From Bdellovibrionales bacterium (lineage in GTDB: Bacteria > Bdellovibrionota > Bdellovibrionia > Bdellovibrionales > UBA1609): DNA of 32,000 nt. The stretch lies in contig OZ252021.1 in assembly GCA_965247685.1 (NCBI GenBank), forward strand, positions 150,001 to 182,000. Direction: 5' to 3'. This document shows positions 26,535-32,000 of the stretch, one piece after another. Position 1 is the stretch's first letter, and the number at the start of each line of letters is the position of its first letter. Below the pieces are notes generated by a model. The model saw only the letters and a list, made by a program, of their open reading frames with translations, was not told the origin of the DNA and made no database searches. The translations under genes were made by a program, and so were the position numbers.

Positions 26535-26775
26535 CAATTTTTAACGATTGAAATTAATTGGTTTTTAAATTCTAGTATGGATTTTATATGAATTCATGAA
26601 AAAGATACTCCTTCAAATTTAAACATAACTATTAAACACTTTTATCAATTGAATACTTTTATAACCAGAAATGTTTGTTAATGTGCTTTTTTAGATAAAA
26701 GAGTGTGAAAAGTTTACATAGTTTTGATTCTTCAGATAGTAATAAAAACTTATTTATAGTACAGTTTTTTCTACG

Positions 26776-27474
26776 ATGAAAAATATATTTATTATTTGTT
26801 TTTATATATTTACCTCTAGTGCTTTTGCAAAGGGAAATGATTTTTATACGATTCTAAATTCCACAGAACACGTAGCAAAGGTAACGATGAATTTCTGGTC
26901 TTTTACAAGGAACTTTGCTTTACAAGAGGCATTGACTCCTTCAGAGTGCATTAGAATATATAAACATTATGATTTCCAGTCATATGAGTACGATTATTAT
27001 GGACTCGAAAAAATAATTAAGTTCACATTCGATGAAAAAATAAAAAAACCGTTTCATTCACTTTTTATAAAGTGGATATTTTTACCAAGTTCTCTAAGCA
27101 TAAAGATTGATGATGAATCAGCTTACGAACGTTTTTTGGGTCTAGATCTTATGAACTATGAGGTGATGGGAGAATCGAATAGTTTATTGAAGTTTTTTGA
27201 TACTTTTAGCTTAATTCATGATGATGTTCCCAATAAAAGGGATAGGTATTGTAGAATATTTATTCCAGAGAAGGCATTGTTTGTAGGTGGAGATGGGAAC
27301 ACTTATCTTCATGATGCAATTTTGGATGGGGATATAGGCAAAGTAGAAGAGTTGTTGGAAAATAAAGCAGAGCGCAGTTTAAAAAATAGTGATGGAATAA
27401 CTCCTATCGAATTAGCGATCCAGGAAGGAAATTCGCGTATAGTTAAAATATTGAGATATCATGGAGCAAGATAA
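26776..27474 (+). CDS. secreted ankyrin-repeat protein
   Basis: 232 aa with the signal peptide MKNIFIICFYIFTSSAFA. The C-terminal ~65 aa fit two ANK repeats (GNTYLHDAILDGDIGKVEELLENKAERSLKNSDGITPIELAIQEGNSRIVKILRYHGA). Confidence 0.7.
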   Translation: MKNIFIICFYIFTSSAFAKGNDFYTILNSTEHVAKVTMNFWSFTRNFALQEALTPSECIRIYKHYDFQSYEYDYYGLEKIIKFTFDEKIKKPFHSLFIKWIFLPSSLSIKIDDESAYERFLGLDLMNYEVMGESNSLLKFFDTFSLIHDDVPNKRDRYCRIFIPEKALFVGGDGNTYLHDAILDGDIGKVEELLENKAERSLKNSDGITPIELAIQEGNSRIVKILRYHGAR

Positions 27475-27806
27475 AGATGCAACTCTCCTTTATATAGTAT
27501 TCCAGTTAAAACTATAGGCACAATATTGGAAAATCAAGCAAGAAAATATATTCATCAAGAAATTTTAAAAGTAGAGAAATTATCACTTAGCAACTAAATC
27601 CTATGAAGTTATCGAACTGAGGAAAAAGTAATAAAAACTCCGTTTAATGAGAATTAACAAAATGACCAACAAAAAGTGTATTTTTGTCAAACGGTTTTGT
27701 TATTTGAGCTTCATGCTTATCTCTAAGTTCACTTCTTAAAAATAAAAAACATCCCATAGATTTTTTTTTAGACAAAAATCCTTCTATACTGATAACATTA
27801 ATATTG

Positions 27807-28442
27807 ATGAAACAAACTCTTCTTCTTTTTCTAGTTTTATTTACACTTTCTACATCCGCCCACCCTGTGATCTACAAGGGTGGTTGGGTCTACTGGACTA
27901 CACTAACAAGCCATTCCAATAAACAACGAGTCAGCTACACCTTTCACCCTCATTTTTCTGTCGAAATGAATACCGAAGGTATTCTCCAGCCTCACCCGTA
28001 TCGAGACTACAAAATCGGAATCAATGCCCTATTGAAACGGTGGTATCTAAAAGACTCACAAGGAAATATCTACCTTTCCCTTCATGGAGGATTCTATAAG
28101 AATCAAAGTACAGGCTATGTACTGCGTCCACAAATTGAAATGGACTGGGAGTCTCGAAAACTTTACACAGCTTTTAGTGCTTCCATGACTTACTTTGAAC
28201 ATAGTAATGATCCTATCTATCAATGGATGTACAGAATAGGAGTAGCTCCCTATGTGGCCAGAATGAAAGAACTCCAAACTTGGTTTGTTTTTCAATTGGA
28301 CTATACGATTTTGAAGACAAATTCCAAAAAGTATCCAGTAGTTTTCACTCCTATGTTGCGATTCTTTTACAGAAATACCCTTTGGGAAACAGGGGCAAAT
28401 TTAGATGGAGATTTCTTTATAACCCTTATGCTTCACTATTAA
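27807..28442 (+). CDS. hypothetical exported protein, possible outer membrane beta-barrel
   Basis: The ORF is listed from TTG 27804; ATG 27807 gives MKQTLLLFLVLFTLSTSA|HP. It is aromatic-rich with alternating segments and ends ..FFITLMLHY. Confidence 0.45.
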   Translation: MKQTLLLFLVLFTLSTSAHPVIYKGGWVYWTTLTSHSNKQRVSYTFHPHFSVEMNTEGILQPHPYRDYKIGINALLKRWYLKDSQGNIYLSLHGGFYKNQSTGYVLRPQIEMDWESRKLYTAFSASMTYFEHSNDPIYQWMYRIGVAPYVARMKELQTWFVFQLDYTILKTNSKKYPVVFTPMLRFFYRNTLWETGANLDGDFFITLMLHY

Positions 28443-28482
28443 TAAAAATGATGATATGCTAAAATCAACCAAGGAGGTTAAA

Positions 28483-28761
28483 ATGAAAAAAATAATCGTA
28501 GCAGCTGCCATCCTTTTTCTTTCCACCCCAGCCTTAGCAGGAAAGGTCATTGTTGATGTACCAGGAATGGTTTGTCAAATATGTGTCCAAGGTATAAAGA
28601 AAGCCTTTAAAGATGTTGTAAAGAATTCGGATACAGATATTGATGTCAATCTAGACACAAAAAAAGTGACTCTCAACCTTGAAAAAAACTTAACAGATTC
28701 AGAAATCAAAAAGAGAGTGAAGGACACGGGCTACAATGCTCAATCGATTCATAGAAAATAA
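28483..28761 (+). CDS. periplasmic heavy-metal-associated (HMA) domain protein, MerP-like
   Basis: AAGGAGG lies 5 nt upstream of ATG 28483. Signal peptide MKKIIVAAAILFLSTPALAG, followed by the GMVCQICV metal-binding motif (GMxCxxC). Confidence 0.8.
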   Translation: MKKIIVAAAILFLSTPALAGKVIVDVPGMVCQICVQGIKKAFKDVVKNSDTDIDVNLDTKKVTLNLEKNLTDSEIKKRVKDTGYNAQSIHRK

Positions 28762-28766
28762 CAATT

Positions 28767-29153
28767 ATGAATAATTCACCCTTTATTAAACAAGTCGCTT
28801 CTTATTTTTCTCTTTTTGGATCTCTTACTACCCTTTTTTGCTGTGCTCTTCCTATTCTATTTGTATCTATTGGGATGGGAGCTGTTTTTGCTTCCATCAC
28901 AGCCACTATTCCGCAAATTAATATTCTTGTAGAACATAAAAATATTCTCTTTGCTGTTACTGGAATTTTACTCATTCTATCTTACACACTCATGACCCGC
29001 TCTCAACCTCAGGAATGCCCGATTGATCCCAGTCTGCAAAAAGCCTGTCAAACCTCTAAACCTTTGACAAAGAAGATTTTTTGGTTTTCTGTAGCAATCT
29101 ACACTACGGGGGCTTTATTCTCTTACATTCTGCCAAGCATTTTATATGGTTAA
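28767..29153 (+). CDS. MerT-like inner-membrane metal transport protein
   Basis: 128 aa. TM1 carries the vicinal FCCALPILF (MerT CCxxP motif). A second Cys pair (ECPIDPSLQKAC) sits in the loop after TM2. The C-terminal KKIFWFSVAIYTTGALFSYILPSILY parallels the MerT C-terminus. Confidence 0.7.
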   Translation: MNNSPFIKQVASYFSLFGSLTTLFCCALPILFVSIGMGAVFASITATIPQINILVEHKNILFAVTGILLILSYTLMTRSQPQECPIDPSLQKACQTSKPLTKKIFWFSVAIYTTGALFSYILPSILYG

Positions 29154-29559
29154 TTTAGAATTTTCTACACAGTCTTTACAAGAACAGGTTCGCCAAACTC
29201 TACGAAGCTGGGGGGACGCCATTGTTTCCAAAGATTTTCAAACTCTTATGAATCTTTATGATTATCATGCCCACTTCAAACCCACTTTGTCTCAACATAT
29301 TCGACGCAATAAAGATGAAATTCTATCTTATTTTATTGGAGGAAAAAAATTCAATGATTCTGGTTTGCTTCATCAAGAAATTAAGAAAATTGAATTTGTA
29401 GAGTCTCATCCACAAATTTATGGAGCTTTCGCCATTGATGTTGGGAAATATAAGTTCATAAAAAAAGATGAAAAAACCATTCATGCCATCTACACATTTC
29501 TATTTCAATATATAGATGAAAAGCTCAAAATTATTGCACATCATTCCTCAATCGATTAA
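29146..29559 (+). CDS. NTF2-like / SnoaL-like fold protein (DUF4440 or CaMKII-association-domain-like)
   Basis: 137 aa. The N-terminal ...VRQTLRSWGDAIVSKDFQTLMNLY... is typical of NTF2-like small proteins. It overlaps the MerT-like gene by 8 nt. The family call is tentative. Confidence 0.45.
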   Translation: MVNLEFSTQSLQEQVRQTLRSWGDAIVSKDFQTLMNLYDYHAHFKPTLSQHIRRNKDEILSYFIGGKKFNDSGLLHQEIKKIEFVESHPQIYGAFAIDVGKYKFIKKDEKTIHAIYTFLFQYIDEKLKIIAHHSSID

Positions 29560-29593
29560 AAGCAGGATTAAAAAAATATATAAATTGAACGAT

Positions 29594-30169
29594 ATGTCTA
29601 TAAAAAAAAGATGCCCATGGGTTAAATTAAACAATCCACTTTATGTGAAATACCACGATAAAGAATGGGGTCATCCTGTTCGCTCAGACCGAAAACACTT
29701 TGAACATTTAACTCTAGAAACGGCTCAAGCAGGGCTCAGTTGGGAGATTGTTCTGAATAAAAGAGCAAGCTACTGCTTAGCTTTAGATAATTTTGATTTT
29801 AATAAAATTTCAAGTTACTCATCTAAAAAAATTAATTCACTTCTTAAAAATCCAAAGATTATTAGAAATCGATTAAAGATTGAATCTACTGTCAGCAATG
29901 CAAAAGCTTTTATAAAATTAAGAAAAGAGTTTGGCACTTTTAATAAATACATCTGGGGTTTTGTGAATAATAAGCCTATCGTGAATCGCTTTCGACATCT
30001 GAAAGACTATCCTGCAAAAACAATATTAAGTGATCAAATATCAAGGGATTTAAAAAAGCGAGGATTTAAGTTTGTGGGTTCCATAATCATCTATTCCCAC
30101 TTGCAGGCCACAGGTTTAGTCAATGATCATAGCATCGATTGTTTTCGACACCCTAATAATCTCTACTAA
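29594..30169 (+). CDS. tag: DNA-3-methyladenine glycosylase I
   Basis: MSIKKRCPWVKLNNPLYVKYHDKEWGHPV...FEHLTLETAQAGLSWEIVLNKR matches Tag signatures. The ORF is open from 29516, but the conserved N-terminus starts at ATG 29594. Confidence 0.88.
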   Translation: MSIKKRCPWVKLNNPLYVKYHDKEWGHPVRSDRKHFEHLTLETAQAGLSWEIVLNKRASYCLALDNFDFNKISSYSSKKINSLLKNPKIIRNRLKIESTVSNAKAFIKLRKEFGTFNKYIWGFVNNKPIVNRFRHLKDYPAKTILSDQISRDLKKRGFKFVGSIIIYSHLQATGLVNDHSIDCFRHPNNLY

Positions 30170-30188
30170 TTTGAGATGATCCAAATTA

Positions 30189-30270
30189 TACCCGTGGAGG
30201 GACTTGAACCCCCACACCTTGCGGTACTAGATCCTAAGTCTAGCGCGTCTGCCAATTCCGCCACACGGGC
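30189..30270 (-). tRNA. tRNA-Leu (anticodon UAG), long variable arm
   Basis: The reverse complement reads gcccgtg-tg-gcggaattggcagacgc-g-ctaga-ctTAGga-tctag-taccgcaaggtgt-ggggg-ttcaagt-ccctc-cacgggt-a. This is a class II tRNA with an 82-nt fold. Confidence 0.85.
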
Positions 30271-30275
30271 TTTTA

Positions 30276-30704
30276 TTACTCGGTTAAATCTTTAAGTTCT
30301 TCCTCAATAAACTTTTTATAAGAAGCTGCATCCATTAAGTATGTCAGATCATTTTCTCGACTCATTTCAATACGAATCAACCACCCTTCACTCATTGGAT
30401 GGTCGCTAACCAACCCAGGAGTTAATGAACTATTCACCTCTACAACTTCACCCGAAACAGGAACATAGAGATCGCTGACATGTTTATTGCTTTCTACTAA
30501 ACCAAACACCTGAGCTCTTTCTAACATTTGTCCTTTTTTTGGAAGTTTCCAACTGACAATCTCACCCAACTGATCTTGAGCAAAATAAGTAATCCCTATG
30601 GTCACAGTATTACGATCATCAAGTGAAACCCACTCATGAGTTTTCGTATAATAAAAATTGTCCGTAGGAACAAGCAAACTGCGCGGCGTTTCTAAATCAT
30701 TCAT
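30276..30704 (-). CDS. gcvH: glycine cleavage system H protein
   Basis: 142 aa with YYTKTHEWV and the lipoyl-lysine motif VESNKHVSDLYVPVSGEV. It lies downstream of gcvT. Confidence 0.9.
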   Translation of the reverse strand: MNDLETPRSLLVPTDNFYYTKTHEWVSLDDRNTVTIGITYFAQDQLGEIVSWKLPKKGQMLERAQVFGLVESNKHVSDLYVPVSGEVVEVNSSLTPGLVSDHPMSEGWLIRIEMSRENDLTYLMDAASYKKFIEEELKDLTE

Positions 30705-30754
30705 AACTACCTCCGTTATTAGAAATCAAACACTATCAAATTTTTCAAATTTAT

Positions 30755-31819
30755 TCAAATTTTATAAAAAGGTGTGGAAACCACTCGAGATAACTCTGAA
30801 CTACCATGGATTTGAATCAAAAATTCACTCCCTACACGAGAGAAATTATTCTGAACCATGGCTGTTCCAATCATCTTATCCAAGCTCGGAGACCAAATAC
30901 CACTGGTCACTTGACCTATTTTCTGATTTTCTTTGGAAAATATCTGACAGCCATGTCTTGGAATACCAGATGATTCGACCATTTCAAAGCCCACCCATTT
31001 TCTTAAAGGTTTATTCGACAAAACATCTTTGCCCATGAACAAAGAAGGATTTTTACAAGCCCATGCCAAACCCAACTCATGTGGAAAAGTTTTCTCATCT
31101 ATATCTTCTCCATAAAGAGGATACTTCATCTCCAAACGAAGAGTATTTCGAGCTGCTAAACCCACAGGAAGCACATTCTCATCATCCAGCAAATATTCCC
31201 ATAATCCAGATATCAGTTTGTGCGGAACTAATATTTCAAAACCGTCTTCACCTGTATAACCTGTTCGAGAAATAAACAATTTACTATACTGGCATTCGAC
31301 CCAATGAAAACAAAATTTTTTTAAAGAATCATTAATATTGAGTTTTTTCTTTAATAAAGAAAAAGATTTTGGCCCTTGCACAGCAATCTGACCATAAGAA
31401 AGACTTTCATCAATAACTTGAACATCATAATTTTTTCTATGCTCTTGAAGCCAATTAAAAATTTTCTCCTTATTAGAAGCATTCACACAAAGAAGATAAT
31501 CTTTTTCAAAATCTAAACAAGAAAGAATCATGTCATCCAACAAACCCCCTTGTTCGTTGCACATTAAAGTATATTGACTCTCCCCTTTGGATAATCCTTG
31601 AGAATTATTGGTGAGCATTAAAGATAAAAAAGAAAGAGCTTGCCTCCCTTGAATGCGAATTTCTCCCATATGAGAGACATCAAATAATCCCACATAACTT
31701 CTTACATGAAGGTGCTCTTTTTTTGCACCTGAAAACTCTAAAGGCATAGAATATCCTGCAAAAGGAACCATCCTAGCTTTCCGCTTCACATGATTGTCAA
31801 AAAGAGGAGTTTTTTTCAT
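30755..31819 (-). CDS. gcvT: glycine cleavage system aminomethyltransferase T
   Basis: 354 aa with TPLFDNH...MVPFAGYSMPLEF...EHLHVRSYVGLFDVSHMGEIRIQG and SRTGYTGEDGFEI motifs. Confidence 0.92.
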   Translation of the reverse strand: MKKTPLFDNHVKRKARMVPFAGYSMPLEFSGAKKEHLHVRSYVGLFDVSHMGEIRIQGRQALSFLSLMLTNNSQGLSKGESQYTLMCNEQGGLLDDMILSCLDFEKDYLLCVNASNKEKIFNWLQEHRKNYDVQVIDESLSYGQIAVQGPKSFSLLKKKLNINDSLKKFCFHWVECQYSKLFISRTGYTGEDGFEILVPHKLISGLWEYLLDDENVLPVGLAARNTLRLEMKYPLYGEDIDEKTFPHELGLAWACKNPSLFMGKDVLSNKPLRKWVGFEMVESSGIPRHGCQIFSKENQKIGQVTSGIWSPSLDKMIGTAMVQNNFSRVGSEFLIQIHGSSELSRVVSTPFYKI

Positions 31820-32000
31820 CGTAAAAACCTTAAGATAATTTTCTTCTTATAGATGAAGATGATTTATAAAAGATCAATCCAATAAGCAAGCCACGATATG
31901 GTGTTTATATTCCGGCTCATAGAACCATCATTCGTTAGGGCCTCTTCTTAAGTTGCAAATACACTTTTAAAGTTGTTGCATAGGCTTCTTCCCGTAAAGA

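Noticed and set aside
24331-28462. Nested ORFs 24331-24543(-), 28056-28295(-) and 28223-28462(+)
   Set aside because: They overlap longer ORFs that have signal peptides and coherent OMP-like features. They show no start context.
29516-29593. Longer tag start overlapping the NTF2-like gene
   Set aside because: Tag homologues begin close to the CPW motif. The extension overlaps the upstream CDS in another frame and lacks an RBS.
30658-31275. Plus-strand ORFs 30658-31038 and 31063-31275 opposite gcvH and gcvT
   Set aside because: They are antisense to conserved glycine cleavage genes and have no independent support.
31820-32000. Glycine riboswitch expected upstream of gcvT
   Set aside because: On the minus strand upstream of the gcvT start, I could not find the conserved GGAGAG ... 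CACCGAAGGGGCAA ... CUCAGGCAAAAGGAC-type cores. The region is also cut by the window edge. A cmscan with Rfam RF00504 on the extended sequence would settle it.
1-32000. CRISPR arrays, rRNA genes, transposases, integrases and classical defence genes (restriction-modification, toxin-antitoxin, Cas)
   Set aside because: No regularly spaced direct repeats and no ORFs with the corresponding motifs were seen on either strand. The only tandem repeats are in-frame coding repeats at 8454-8520 and 13393-13676.

Overview
AT-rich bacterial chromosome segment from a diderm organism, judged from lipobox signals and beta-barrel-type OMP ORFs ending in Phe or Tyr. Most of it is housekeeping. The minus strand carries a tightly packed shikimate operon (aroB, aroA, a fused aroK/aroD/aroE gene, aroC; 132-5337). 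It also carries glyQS-ppdK-smc (14272-21788) and gcvT-gcvH (30276-31819). mrp/apbC, tag and three tRNAs (Arg-CCU, Pro-UGG, Leu-UAG) are also present. Accessory-looking regions: (i) 5.6-14.3 kb holds a small exported protein and a three-gene same-strand block. That block encodes an LRR lipoprotein, a ~1300-aa polytopic membrane protein ending in an RpoA-alphaCTD-like helix-hairpin-helix (HhH) module, and an exported protein with five copies of that module plus a near-perfect 99-bp tandem repeat. A ~325-nt noncoding leader occurs twice, upstream of the first and of the third gene. This block is my best candidate for an undescribed system. (ii) Both the tRNA-Arg and tRNA-Pro genes are followed by direct repeats of their own 3' ends (att-like scars). 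The tRNA-Pro repeats bracket a ~0.9-kb insert with one orphan ORF. (iii) A porin-like OMP cluster lies between the two tRNAs. (iv) A signal-peptide ankyrin-repeat protein is present. (v) An OMP-like / MerP-like / MerT-like / NTF2-like gene string has no MerA or MerR visible in the window. No CRISPR array, rRNA, transposase or integrase was recognised. All domain calls come from motif reading by eye, not from searches.
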